Of a DNA stretch of 64,000 nucleotides, positions 24,991 through 39,757 are shown one piece after another. The stretch is from assembly GCF_006345805.1 (NCBI RefSeq), contig NC_043000.1, forward strand, positions 62,682,001 through 62,746,000. The letters are read 5' to 3'. A program made the position numbers and the translations under genes. The notes under the pieces are model-generated. The model saw nothing but the letters and a program-made list of their open reading frames with translations. It did not search any database and was not told the origin of the DNA. How positions within the stretch are numbered: the stretch's first letter is position 1; every line of letters begins with the position of its first letter. The stretch comes from Octopus sinensis (lineage: Eukaryota).

Positions 24991-26439
24991 ATGATAATAA
25001 TTATTATTATTATTATTATTTTCTATATCTATAAAACAGGCCTTGGACGAAAATTGTATGCATATTTTGCTTTGACAGTTAATGGCAGCCAAACCAAGGT
25101 TAGGATCGAGCTGAAAATTGGCAGGGATACTAAATGCATAGTGAGGATGAGACCTGCGATGGTTAAAATTCGCAAGCTATAAAGATGTGGCTGCTATGGC
25201 AAAAAGAGTGATTTTTTATTGATTCAAGGGGGCCCAGAGCCCCTCTAGGTTTGTGCAATTGACTTTTAATGCCCAGCAGCATGCACTGCAGGCTGTTATG
25301 CTTAATAAACATACATTTTGTTGCAAAATTCCAGCTACTAGGAACAATTTTTCACTGTGAAAAAACGAGTGCTTTTTTCCCTTATTTTCTTTTTAATCTT
25401 TTTATAAAAGTGAAAGGATTTCATCCATTTCTGCTGTCCACTTACGACAGTGATTCAGTTGACTAGGAAAACTATACTTGATGAATATCCAATACCAAAC
25501 TATCTTAATCTACATATTGAAACTGCATTAAACTTTGGCAAGCTTACTTTTACCTATTCTGAGTTACTTGAAAGGTGATGTTCCCTTCCCTCTCTTCTGA
25601 TTGTTGATACCTTTTTTTTTACCTTTGATACCATTGTTTCACTTTAAGGATGCTTCTTTACCCAGCCATTATGATATTTCAACTGCTGTCCATTGTTTCA
25701 AATAGGTTTTAGCATTGTCATTCTAGCCTTTTTTAAACACGTCCCAAAGAATCAACCTTTAAATAATAGTTTTGCTTCCACTAGCAAAAGCTTTACACAT
25801 CTTTCAGAAAGCTCCATACCAATTTAGCTTTATGTAGCATTCGCTGTTAGTTTATGTGCACGCTATGTGGGAAGATAGAATAAAGGGGCTTTTGTTAGCT
25901 TTTCTCTCCAAAAAAAAATAGCTCCCTTTGCTGTTGAAATGAATAAACTCACAGAGGGGAAGTTTCAACATCTTCCTTCAATTTCCTTACACCATTTATG
26001 TGGCTGTTTCTGACAAGAAATTTCGCGTTCATGTAAAACAACTATATTTTGTAGTCATTATCCATAATCTACTCCCAAAACAATCATTGTGGCTGAACTT
26101 CCAGTGCTCTGGGAAAGACTCAATATTTCTCACCAACTAAAGAATATCAAATATGGGAACTTGATTGACAAGTCACTTGTTAAGGATGGCACATGGCCTC
26201 ATCCACTATTGAAATCAGCTGCCAAGGCTTTCCAGCAAAATCAGTGTGCTATTTCCAGCAGAAAAGTAAACTGGAACCCATATAACTCAAGAAAGCCACC
26301 AAGGAAACAGTCATAGCAACTGAAACCAGCTCAAGAGGAGTGTGGTTGATAAGAAACAGTAGGTTAAAACCCTTCTGCAGGTGAAGACTAATTCAGTCTT
26401 CACTGCCTCACTCAGGCATGGTATACAGGCTAAAAATCA

Positions 26440-26765
26440 ATTTTCAATGCAAGTTGACTACATTGACTCCAGTACTTGATTGGCACTTATTTTTATTGAC
26501 CCTGAAAAGATGAAAGGCAAAGTAACCTTAGTAGGATTTGAACTCAGAATGCGAAGAATTGGAAGAAATACTGCTAAGCATTGTGTCCAGCTTGCTACTT
26601 TTGGTAATCCTTTGTAACATGAAGTGGTACTTGTTTTATCAACCCCAAAAGGATGTAAGGCAAAATCAATCTCAATAGAACTTGAACTCAGAACTTAAAG
26701 CCAGCAGAAATGCTGCTAAGCATTTTGTCTGGTATGCTAATGATTCTGCCAGATGGCCATCTTAA
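26440..26765 (-). mobile_element. Two older family A SINE copies
   Basis: The GATGAAAGGCAAAG..GAACTCAGAA core occurs twice. Confidence 0.7.
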
Positions 26766-27324
26766 GCTCACTAATGATGATAATAACCATTTCTACTACT
26801 TGTGACCCTGATATACCTGTTCATGATATGGAAGGATTTCTTACATTGCAATAGATTCATCAGAAGAGCTTGCAATATGACTCAGTAGCGCCTGCAGTTT
26901 CTGTCTGGGGCAAAACATTTCCAATGTTTATTTCACTTGAGATATGATTTTAAAAAAATTTTTCTAATTTAATAAGCATTTTAAATTTGTTTTTTGATTT
27001 AACCAAGTTTTTAATATTTGGAGGTAAAGTAATTACTGAGAGCAACAAAATTTTATAAAATTTCAGTTATCATCTTGTTTTGTTTTTTTTTATCTATTTC
27101 ATAGATAAAAATATTTTTTCAAAGCTGTAGTTTATTTCAAAATGACAGATGTAGTTCTTGGCAAATTTTCTTAACTCTAAAAAATATTCAGTTATAATTG
27201 CTAGAAGTTAATCATGTCAACAGTATTTGGAACTGAGAGAAGGTCAGTCAAATTTCATTTTCAATAATGAATTTGTTTTTAAGAAATCATCAGAAAATTC
27301 AATTTGCATGCTATCTTTAATCTC

Positions 27325-27540
27325 TTCCTTGTTTCAGTCATTAGATAGCAGCCATGCTGCAACACTGCTTTGAAGGGTTTTACTCAAACAAATCAATCCT
27401 AGGACTTATTTTTTTAAGGCCTGGTACTTATTCTATCAATCGCTTTTTGCCAAACCAATGAAGTACAGAGATGTAAACACACCAACATCAGGTGAAAGTA
27501 GTGGTGGGGGCAAATGCATGCATAAAGACAGATACACATA
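27325..27540 (-). mobile_element. Family B SINE 3' part
   Basis: CTTGTTTCAGTCATTAGA..GCCATGCTG..GTACTTATTCTATC. Similar pieces lie at 6018-6240 and 42480-42840. Confidence 0.7.
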
Positions 27541-28109
27541 AATATAATATTTTTGCACTGCAGGTTTAAAGTCTTTGGCATATAATGCTGTGATGTTTTT
27601 ACTAGAGAATGATTGCAGACATTTTCAAGCAAAGCTGTTATCTCAACAGCTTTACCAGTCATCAATGTAACTGTCAGATTTAAAAAGATGAATTTACTTA
27701 GACTTTCCAAGAATGACTTCACTTTGTTAAATAAGTCTGATATTATTTTTCCATGAAGGAACTCAAGACAAGTAATTCAAAGTCACTAAAATTCTTATAA
27801 AAATGCTTATGTGGGGTGTATCACATATGTCAGTAGATTTATCCAAAGCTACAGAGAATAAAGCACCAGAATGGAAAAATCCTTTCAGTTGCTCAAATAC
27901 ATCAAGAGACAGACAGAGACAGATAGACAGACAGTTGGTGTGTCTTATAACCGTTTGCTTTCATAGACTAATTCCATTTACTTTTTCCCTTGATATTTTC
28001 CATTACCAAAATTTATTTGCAACCTAAGCCTAACAATTTCTCCTTCCATCAAAGAATATCTACTGTTCTTTGACTAACGCTAAAGTCAATTCAAAGGATA
28101 TTTATCTTT

Positions 28110-28270
28110 CAACTACGTTCTGGGTTCAAATTCCACCGAGGTCAACTTTGCCTTTCATCCTTTCGGGGTCGATAAATAAAGTACCAGTTTCGTAATATAA
28201 TCGACTTAATCCATTTGTCTGTCCCTGTTTGTCCCCTCTATGTTTAGCCCCTTGTGAGCAATAAAGAAAT
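28110..28270 (+). mobile_element. 5'-truncated family A SINE
   Basis: CTTTGCCTTTCATCCTTTCGGGGTCGATAAA core and AATAAAGAAAT tail. Confidence 0.8.
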
Positions 28271-31078
28271 ATATTTTATCAACTCACACCCAAGCACTAA
28301 CTTCAGTTTACCTTCTATTTAAGTCTTATGTTATGTTTTGTACAGTGTATTAAGATCATGTCTTTTAATATGTGAGAAACTATTTTCACAATCGATCCAC
28401 AAAAGTTTTCCTGAATTGCCTATTACAAGAGCTCTTTTTCCCCATTGTTTGTTGAATTCACAATTGCTGTCACTGCTTTTCTTTTGCACTGAGATGGAAA
28501 AAATTAAAAGCAAGGCCTAACTTTTGAAAAATTACAAACCCATAACAAAGTACAACTGTATAGCTTAGGAGAGCCTACTGTAATCTGACAGATAAAAAAA
28601 CTGTAATGGACTGGTGTCACAACAAAATCAGGCAAGAATCAAACACATATTGAACAATTATGGATGGCTGAATAATGCACCATTTCTAATCTAAAGTGCT
28701 ACTTTAGATGCTTGTGAGGTTCACCATACGTGGCCTAAAAAAAAAACATTCAATCTGGTATTTAACTCTGGACAACTGAGGTCATTAACAATCTGTTAAT
28801 TAAGAGTGTCATACAGCTGGATTCTATATTAAAGAATATGGATAATTACATAGTGATACTGAATATGTAATAAGATATATTACTGATGTTTCATTTCCAT
28901 ACATTTGTTTTCTCTATTACCATTGCATTTGCTGTTATAAGTTATATGTTTTGTTTTTTGTTGTTTTTTAGTATTATGAATAAATCAATAATCCAACACA
29001 GGCAGCAATTATATTTTCATTTTAAATACAATGATGATATATTTCATTTTATTGGACTGAACTGAAATGAATTATATCCAAACTATATCTCATTGCCAAA
29101 ACAGTTCTACATAGTTATCATTTTATTTCATGTCTACATTCAGTAACTGAATGTATTTGTGAGGTTGATATATTTTGTCAAATGGATAGATTGTATAACA
29201 AAAAACTAATGACTCCAAAGGTGGATTAAATCTTAATATTTCTATATCCAGTTAATTTTTTTCTCCATAAGTGCAGAGTACAACTTTTAAGAGCAAGGAA
29301 TATAACCAGTCTATATTCCTTCTACCTAAATTTGCCACAAACATACAGATTCATGAGGCTGGGGCTTATCCGAGTTTCCTAAAAGTAAAAGAACTCTCCA
29401 CTTAACAGGCCACTAGGCCATTGCCGAGGTAAAGCCTAGCTGGTCCAAGAATCAAAACTATGACCTAACTATAGTGAAGACAACACCTTAAACTACACAC
29501 ATGCAATCCTCCATACATTACAAAATTAAATCATAATAGGACATTATGGAAAAAATGTGTAACTATGAACAAAGTACTGAGAAACATAATCTGACACATT
29601 ATCAATCATATAGAGTAATTTTCTTTGGGTTTGAAGTCAAACTCTTTATGTTTAATCAATTATTACACCTTTAATAGGGAAAATAAATCAAAGTTTAAAA
29701 CAACAAAGAACAAAACAATTTCTTTCTTTTTTGAGAAACAAAAACTATTAATGGTTATCATACTGACTGTTCATTTTTTTAATTATACTATTTCTATGTC
29801 TCACCATTCCATTGCTAATTTTCTTTACATTCATTACTCTGTTGCAATTTTTTTTCACCATTTTATTCCTATTTTCATAATCAGGTTAAGAGATTCTGGA
29901 TTAAAATAAGTACAATGCAACAAAGAAGTATGCATTGATTGATAAAAGAGAAAGGTAACAAACAAACATTAGGGTATTAAAGCCAGAGTAAGAGATTTAA
30001 ATATTTGGTATTATTTTTTAATATTCATGTATATGTAAATTGGCAATGTATACATGATATTACAATGAACTGAGACAGGACAAAACATTTAAACTTAGAC
30101 ACACTTCATGTACTAACCTTACAGTTGAAATCCAATAACTGGAAGATACTTCTAACACCATTTCACATGAAAATTGTTCCTCAAAGTAAATTTTCAGCTG
30201 CCAGTTCTGCTTCAATCTCCTTGTCTTGCTTGCACTTATTGGTTTCTACCAAAACTGATCTCATAATGTACAATATAAATATGAAATGCAAACTTAGTGA
30301 AAGTACTTAAACAAATTTATGTTGTTTATATTTTTATAATATATAATTAATTGCAATATATCTCTTATACTCAATAATAATCACAGTTTAACATTCATTT
30401 CTTGTTTATTTGGATAGCTAGAAAACAGCTAGATGCCAAACAAAACAAGCAGTGATTGTTTTAAGCAAATTAAAAATCTGGATTAAATCCTCAATCAACA
30501 GCCTGAAGTAAAATATGCTACAAGTCATAAATATTTGCAGAAACTCAGCCCTCTGGGTGGTTTTCTGCAAGTCATATTATCATGCCTTGATTTTTATAGG
30601 GCCGCCATCTGCCAAGGTTTTAACATGCAGCTGTATGTGTTTGTGAAAGCCTGGGCAAGATTTTTTTTTAAAGAAGAAAACTGGCAGTTATCTATGCTTG
30701 CAAGTCCACACCACTGATGTTTATACAGAGGAAAGGCCACCAACATAGGGCCAATACAGCTTGGTGTTAGTATCATCACAGGCATTGCTGTCAGAACACA
30801 GACAGCCAGAAGAGACACTAAATAATTTCATCAACCCTCTAACACTTTTACAACTCCACTGCTCTGGACTGGTACTATTTTATTGACCTTCAAGTGATGA
30901 AAGGCAAAGTTGACCTATGCCCAATGCTGCAAATCAAGGCTTAGATTTTAGTTACTTCAAAAGTTTCTTCTCATCCTCCACCACAGGCACACTCCATATT
31001 CCACAAGACTGAAAGAGAACCTCCCCACTGCTCTCTCTCTCATGCACACACACACACTCTCTCTCTCTCTCACTTCCT

Positions 31079-31104
<26 letters not shown>

Positions 31105-31109
<5 letters not shown>

Positions 31110-31409
31110 ACAATTATTTGGTAGCCATGATAAAACTCTGAGTTTCAGATGACGGGGCAGAAACCATGCCAGCATCTCTTCAGTTATCAGGCCATCGAAA
31201 AAAATGCTATGAAAATGACCATTAAAACAAAGGGAAATTACTGAGTGATTGACCATTATTAAGACAAAAGAGCTATTAGGATGACCATTAAGTAAGAGGA
31301 GGGAGTAAAAATGTTTGCAGTAATCGTGTCCATACATACACATGTGCACCCACATGCCCACATACATGCACCTATATATATATGTATATATATATATATA
31401 TATATATAC

Positions 31410-31451
<42 letters not shown>

Positions 31452-32195
31452 GTATATATATATATATATATATATACGTATATATATATATATATATATA
31501 ACTCATCCACCCTCACTAAAAACACACACATGCACACCCACACATTCGCCCAAAAATATATACATACCTGCATACACGCTCGCACACACACACACGTGCA
31601 CAAAAAAGGTTCATACACACATCTATATACGCACATGCACAAGAAAAACAGGGCTAAAAGCAAAACATAGAAAAATGTGTGAAAAAAGTGTAAAAAATAA
31701 GCGAGAGTAAAACATCTATATATGCACATACTCGCATACATGCACACACACATCTAATATACGCACATACCCATACATGTCTATATACACACACACACAC
31801 ATGTATGAGTATATATATAGGTGCATGTACGTGGGTGTGTGGGCGCACATGTGTATGTATGGACATGCACACTTATGCGATTACTATGAATATTTTTACT
31901 CCCTTACCTTTACTCCTCCTCCCCTTACTTAGCGGTCATTCTAATAGCTCTTTTGTCTTAATAACGGTCAATCACACAGTAATTTCCCTTTGTTTAACGG
32001 TTTTTTTCATAGCATTTTTTTGATGGCCCGATAACTGAAGAGATGCTGGCATGGGTTTCTGCCCAGACATCTGGAACTCGGAGTTTTATCATGGCTACCG
32101 AATAATTGTCACATATTATATTTACAGATAAATTCCTCTAATTGCATAATATTGAGGTCTCTTTCATTCTTTTGTTGTCTTGCCATTTTTATCAA
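31105..32195. mobile_element. Inverted pseudo-LTR-like pair with hammerhead motifs (Penelope-associated)
   Basis: 31105-31380 is the reverse complement of about 31810-32115. A further fragment of the family lies at 6325-6410. Confidence 0.75.
31124..31193 (-). ncRNA. Type-I hammerhead ribozyme motif with intact core boxes
   Basis: TGATAA-CTGAAGA-GATG..GGCA..TGCC..CATC-T-GAAA-CTC-A-GAG-TT|TTATCA: stem I TGATAA/TTATCA, stem III ACTC/GAGT and a GUU triplet. There is one extra base before GAAA. Confidence 0.7.
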
Positions 32196-33877
32196 TATAT
32201 ATATATATAGCCAGTCAGCCATCTTCTCTGCCCAGTATTCCTGGAAAACTCATAAGGGGTAGTAAAGTCCTTGGCACCTCCTTCATAGGGTCCTTTTAGA
32301 AGCAACCTTCATGAGACTTTCTGGCTGGATTCCTAAGCCTGACCAACTGACACTATGGATATACTCTTGGTCATCCCCTAGGTTTCTCACTAGATGGCTC
32401 AGCTTGAAGAATCCATCTTGCAATTTTTCTACAGCAGCATTGTAGTCATGTCCATAGTACCAGAGATGCAGCATCCTGATGTGATGAAGGAGCAGCTGAA
32501 CCTGGAGAGACACCTTGATTTCTGAACAATACACTCTGTCAAGTATACAAATATAATTTTTATCTGTATACATATATAGGACTGTATTTTCCAATGTGTA
32601 CTTCTCAGATTTAAGATAGTAGGATGTGATTTGAAGGAAATTTGGCTACTGTATCTAGCAGGCCAAACGACCATGCATAGGCCCTTGCCTTCTTGACACT
32701 AAGTAAACTATATTGTTGTTCTGTCCCAGATCAGATGCAGTCAAACAAAACTATGGTGAAAGGCACTCCAATGGTGATAATCCCATTTATTGTAGATCAT
32801 GAATTATATTGTTCAACATAGCCTTTATTTAAGACAGTGAGACATTTAACAACTATGGGACTGCTTATGAACAATCCCCACCTCTCTCTCTCTCTCTGTT
32901 GCACTTCAAGTTTCATATCTTCAGATTAAGTGATTAAAGTAACAGGCTAGTTGGTTCATTTGATTCTTTTAGAGACTATGAGTTTTGACTTAGGAAAATG
33001 ATAGAAGCGAAGGGTTTTCTCATTTTTGTTTTTTCAGCTAGATATTATATGCATCAACATGTCTGCAACCTCATAATTATTATAAATACATTTCATGAAA
33101 TTTTATTTGAAAAATGAAAAGTAAATCTTTGCTAAAATAATTAATGAAGAGCATTTAAACATATACATTTTCAAAGCATTTATTTAAAGAAATTCACACT
33201 TAAGTATTAAATATCACAGTTTAATTTCTAGTTCTTAAAACATAAGAAAAATCATTCAAAAATCACTTTTAAATTTTACCAGCAAGAACAGACAGGTAAC
33301 CAGATAAAAATAATAATCTAAGAAATTTGTCATCTTGATATATTGATTCAATATAAACCAAGCTAGATGCACAATATAAATATAATTCAACAATAGTTAA
33401 TCACTATTGTTTCTTTGTCATTACATAGAGAAAAACTGTGTTATCTTATGGGCAATATTTTCAAAAAGATTTCAAAATAATAAAATAAATTGCCAAAGTT
33501 ACCAAATAATTGTACCTTTAAAAGGTATCATTTAGAAGCATTGGTAAAATGCTAGTAAATATATAAAACTGACCTTGAATTTATGATCACAAAATACTCC
33601 CCACCAGTTGTGTGGAAGAGAAAACTTTTGTCATGATTGACAAATAAAAATACTCTGAATTTTCATATTTGCAATTGGGGTAAAAGTTATATTAGAAAAG
33701 TATGAAGTTGAAAATACATTATTTTTTTCAAAGAATATTAAAAACACTGTACTCTGTCTGTGAAATTGTTTACATACAATTATAATATATAAATGGATAT
33801 TTCTACAGTACATTGTACAAATTTAATTAAGTCACTGGATACCAGGAATTCTAGGGCTCTGTGTGTATATGTGTGAA

Positions 33878-33947
<70 letters not shown>

Positions 33948-33955
33948 ATATATAT

Positions 33956-33988
<33 letters not shown>

Positions 33989-35465
33989 GTATATGATTCA
34001 TATAAATGTGCCAGATGTTTATCTGGCTGCTTTCATGCCAGTATAAATCTGAAAATACAAAAATCTAACATTATTCAGAAAATTGAATAAACAATTTACT
34101 TATCAGAAGTAAATATCTGATATTAAGAAAGGAAGGTTGTTGTTGTTATTGTTGGTGGTGGTGGGTGTGTGTGTGTGTGTACACATATCTATATAGAGAG
34201 ATAGAGTGTGAGTGAGAGCATTAGAAACGGATGGATAGACAAATAAGGGGAGGCAAAGAAGTGTTAAAAACATTTGGTGTTACATAGTAATTTTTTACAA
34301 GCATTTAATGTTAAAAAAGAGAGAGTAAAAGTAAAGTATATATTGACTTATTGTTTTATGAAAAGAGATATATTTAGTCCATAAACTACTTCTGTATTTG
34401 TCTATAAGAGCTTAAAGAATAACTTAGAATTGAAAATGCTTGAGAGATGATAATAGAAAACTTTCAAATATAGGAAAAAACTAAAATTTATATTATATCA
34501 ATTAAGAATTTCTCCATAATTTAAAGATGGGTGAAAAAATAAATTTTGTAATTGTTTCATAAACACTGGAATTTTTAAATAAACTGGTCAATTCTAATCA
34601 TAAGCAACGACAAATTATATCAATAATGTTATATTTCTCAGCACTGATTTGTGCATACAGTATTGTACATAAATATTTATTAATTATTTAATCCCACCAC
34701 CAAGAAACACACACAGTATGCAAATTAGCCTAACCCACTACACCTAATACCCAGCTTATATTTAATTTAAATAGTTATTTACTACAATAAAAGTTCCTCA
34801 AGGACAGAGGAAAGAAGTGATACTTGACTTATAATGTCTGGTCAATGAACCATGGAACATATCAGGACAGTGTCTTCCTTTATTTTTCTGTGTACAAAGA
34901 GAATAACACGATGCATTCACATGTATTTAAAGTTACACAGATAACGGCTAAACAAAACTATAGTTTATGTCTAGATTACATTAGATTTTTTTATACACCA
35001 TGTGAGTGTGTATGTGTGTGTCGAAATTGCGAAGATAAACTGGTACTTGACTGAGGAAAGAAAGCTTCGAAAGACTCATCCTTGTTTTCTTTGTATCGTC
35101 TATCTGGATGTTTTGTTATTCCATTTTTGTATCACTTAACTGTCCAGATGTTTTGCGCTCTTGTCCCATTTTGTCAGGGCATCCAGCTGTAGAAACACTG
35201 CCAGATGAGACTGGAGCCTGGTGCAGCCTCCTGGCTTCCCACACCACAGTTGAATCGTCCAACCCATGCTAGCACAGAAAACAGATGTTAAATGATGATG
35301 ATATATATACATATATATACACATATATATATATGTGTGTGTATATATGTATATATATCTATATATATATATATGAATATATATTTATATATGTGTGTAT
35401 ATATGTATATATATCTATATATATATATATGAATATATATTTATATATGTGTGTGTATATATGTA

Positions 35466-35511
<46 letters not shown>

Positions 35512-38496
35512 CGAGTTGACTAGAAGTTTTGTATTATCAGCTTTTTCAAAGTGAAACTTGAAACCGTGCCTCAGTGAAAATTCTGACACTACAAAGTGTA
35601 CCATGTCCCCTCTGTCAGTAAATGTTTCATTTTTTTCTGTATAAACTGATCAACAATGCCAAATAACTGATTTAAGTATGTACACATGTGTGTGTGTGTG
35701 TGCACACATATTTTTATATCACAAGTGCACAGAAAAGTGTATTTATGTAAACTGAAACACACACACATTGTAGATCCACATACCACCACATAAAAAGCAT
35801 TCCTACTAATATCAGAGTAACACATGATATGTTACCATTAAGAGAAGAAACTCGGTTTTTTTTTATATGAATAATAAATCTAAAATAACAGCTAATATTT
35901 CTGATCTTAACACAAAACAAAACAGTTGCTAGATCAGCAGGAATAGGTTTTCCCCAAAACATGATCATCTGTGATAACCATGATGTAAGCATCTTCCCTC
36001 GTGGCTGCAACAATGGCTAATCTGAACTAGGTGGTAGCTGTGTAACTCTTCCACCTGCACCTATTGTTTCACTCCATCTCTCCTCCCAGCACCTTCACCT
36101 CCAAGACTTTTCAGTAAATATGACAGCAGTCAGAACTATAATCTTCAATGATTCATTCCTGGACCACATTTTTACATTAGACATCAATGCAGAAATGTTG
36201 AGATTAAACACCAAATGCATTGGTGACACCATCATCAAAATGCTGTTTGTCTCTGGGAGAGACTCTAGAAGTCATAGTTCCTACGCCCTTTCATATGAGT
36301 ATCTTGTATAGATACAAAAAAATACGTGAATGTGTTTTCTTTTGATTAGGTTACAAATGAATTAGTGTTTAAGCAGGATTTTACAATTGGTTGAATTAAC
36401 TCAAAGTTGCTATTTATCTATTTTAATGCCTCAGTCTTGAACCCCTCCTTCTTCCCTCCGTCTCTCTCACACATACATACACGCACACGTATGTAGGCAT
36501 GTATGTATGCTTGTATGTATAAGTATATATAGGTGTTTGACTGCAGATACAACAAACCAAGAGGTGAAAGTTGTTGCTATCTACAGTGGACAAGACAAGC
36601 CTATCTGGAAAGTTCAAGGCTTGTATGCTATCATTGCTATTATGCCACATATTCTGTGACTCCTATTGATCTATGGAATCCTGATAGCCATAACCAAGAG
36701 CTTTGAATTGAGGATCAGCATGTTTCTATGAAAGTGACTGGAACAACTACAAAGCTTGATCAACATCACCCCTTATAGGTAAAACAAGAAGTTCCCCAGC
36801 AGTAGCCTGACAGGAAAATTCATGATGACTCATTGTAGTGGGGTGCAACAATACCAAAAGATTTACAACCCAAAACTTTCTCAAGTCAGTATTGTGATCA
36901 GAACAGGATAGAATGAAAGACAGCAGAAGTTATGGAGGTATTGCACAAGTTGTGGCTAAGACAGAGTGTAGGTAACTGCATTTATTCAGGAAAGGATTGA
37001 CCAAGGTAGCAGTGCAACTCCTCAATATGTCTGAAGGTTACTGATCCACAATGAGATGCAAATGCCAGTTGAGGAGGCATAACCTTGCAGAATGGTTGGA
37101 ATGTGACAGAAAGGAGCCTGAGCAAGATGGGAGTAAACAGTGGAGTGCGAAGTCTAATAGTTTGAGCTTTGAAAAGATAAGTACAATCAAATAAGATTCT
37201 TAATCCTGTCTATGGCATCTACTAAAGCCATCTGAATTGTTTTGTTGGAGGGAATTGGAGTTACCAACTTACTCTTTGTGGCTGGGGAGGATGACTCAGG
37301 AACATATTGTCTGCTGCTGTCCATCAGACCTGAGTGAGGGATACTTCTACTACTAGTGCCATGACTATGTCCTCACTGATATAGCAGACATTATATGAGG
37401 TGCAATAAGTCATTATGGGTTTCTCTAATCAACAAAAATGATCACTTTCATCAAGGCTGGGAGAAGTAAACATAAGCTACCAAGACACCTTTTCTAACCC
37501 ACTAGCAATGTTACAAGAAAGAGAGGCAATTGTAATTGCCAGAATCTATCTTCACAGTCAAACATGGTGCTAATCTCAGCAGCTTCCAAGCAAATTATCT
37601 AGTTAGAACCCCCCCCCCACATTCCCTGAAAGACTGCACTAAGGAGATTCATAAAAGAAAAAAAAAGCAAATTTTGACAGTGGACGTATGCTGAAGGAAT
37701 AGGTGGTACAAGTGAGGTATGAGCCCATTGACATGGAGTGCAGGTCAGTCCTTCAGCAGGACATACATGCTGAGTATTACAGGTGCCACAGGGCAAATAG
37801 CCATCAAGTTAGCCACTGATGCAACAAAAGTTACTTCAAGATTTCTGGGAATCTGGAGAGAACCATAGAGCTGGTTATGCTTCCTGGTATAGTGCTATTT
37901 GGGAAAGAGCTACCTGGATATAAGACATTGTCCAATCATCAAGGATCTACAAAATCAAAGACTCTAGATCACATGATGATGAAGTGTCCAGGTGCACCAC
38001 AAGATGAAGTGTGTGCATGTTTGTGTGTGCATTTATATATAGATATATACATGTATGTATATATATATATATATATACACACATATCATCATCATCATCA
38101 TCAAAACTTGTCCAATTCATGCTGACATTGGTTAGACAAGATCTCTTGGGACTGTAGCATGTGGCCAGATGCTCTGCTTGATACCAACTTAGTTGTTTTC
38201 AAGTTGAGCACTTCACGTCACTTGTCTTCACACACTGAGCTGTTGAACTACATATTCTCTTTGCAGGACATAAACAAATATTGATACTGCCCAAGCAGTA
38301 GCAATATGAAGACAAAGACACACATACACACATACCAGGCTCCCATACAGTTTCTAGCTGCCAAATATCACTCACGGGGCACTAGTCAACTCAAGCATGT
38401 AACAAAAGACTTTTATCCAAAGTCCCATTCAATGAAATTGAACTTGAATCCAAGTGGTATGAGGCAAACTTCTAAAATCACTTACTCATGCCTGCA

Positions 38497-39715
38497 TCTA
38501 TCTACTACATATGTGGAAAATCGGTGTGTGTTTGTTTGTGACATTGTTATCTAACTCCTCCTACATGGTTTTATTGATTTTGATGAAACTTGACATGTGA
38601 ATAGAACTCATGCATTGAAACCTCGTGACATACTTAGATTGTTGAAGAATATCAATAATACGGCCCCTAGAAAGGACCTTTATATCTACCTCATATAACC
38701 AATTTTTTAAACACCCAAGGGAAATAACCCATACCACCTGCATAATATTTTTTTAAACACTCATGGGAAACAGCCCATTTCATTGTTTATGTTCAATTAC
38801 TTTGGATATTGATTTTTTGTGTGTTCTATTTCTAATTTTTGCAGACAATATCACTTTTTTTTTTACCTATTTGACACGTGAGTAGAACTCTGTCTGGAAA
38901 ACCTTGTGACATACTTAGATTGTTGAAAAAAATCGATAATAGTGCCCATCTAATGGATTCTCTTATCTACTACATATTACAAATATATTATTTAAACAAC
39001 CCAAGGGAAATAACCCATACCACCTGCATAATATTTTTTTAAACACTCATGGGAAACAGCCCATTTCATTGTTTATGTTCAATTACTTTGGATATGATTT
39101 TTTGTGTGTTCTATTTCTAATTTTTGCAGACAATATCACTTTTTTTTTTACCTATTTGACACGTGAGTAGAACTCTGTCTGGAAAACCTTGTGACATACT
39201 TAGATTGTTGAAAAAAATCGATAATAGTGCCCATCTAATGGATTCTCTTATCTACTACATATTACAAATATATTATTTAAACAACCCAAGGGAAATAAAC
39301 CATACCACCCACAGTTTTTAGCAATCAATATTTGATTCTCATGATCAGCTGACCTAATTCTGCATTTCACTACTCACAGCTTTGAAGAGCTAAACATTAT
39401 TATTGCACTTCATTAATTTGAATATTAATTTGTCTTCATATTGCTACTGCTTGGGTAGTATCAATATTTGTTTATATCCTGCAAAAAGAATATATAGTTC
39501 AACAGCTTAGTGTGTGAAGACAAGTGACGTGAAGTGCTCAACTGTACAACAACTAAGTTGGTATCAAGAAGAGCATCTGGCCACATATTGTACTTTTTTG
39601 TGATGGAAAATACACCTTTTGTGGCCGTCATAATGAAATTGCTTTCTTATATCAGAGTAATAAGGCATTTCATAAGAGCATCTTTATTCCCGGGAATTAC
39701 CGGGTACACCAGCTA

Positions 39716-39716
<1 letters not shown>
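38497..39716 (+). mobile_element. Non-autonomous Helitron-like element with ~286-bp internal tandem repeat
   Basis: 5' A|TC start, 3' hairpin CCCGGGAATTACCGGG and CTAG|T. The motif CCAAGGGAAATAA recurs at about 38715, 39001 and 39286. Confidence 0.7.

Positions 39717-39753
<37 letters not shown>

Positions 39754-39757
<4 letters not shown>

Noticed and set aside
32283-32594. 103-aa ORF
   Set aside because: It has no recognisable homology and no supported splice partners.
35050-35085. Hammerhead-like CTGAGGA...GAAA
   Set aside because: No convincing stem I or stem III could be drawn.
36540-38000. Long higher-complexity stretch as a possible gene (also 41200-42200 and 53770-54330)
   Set aside because: There is no sustained ORF or recognisable motif. 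They are probably ancient TE remnants that I cannot classify by eye.
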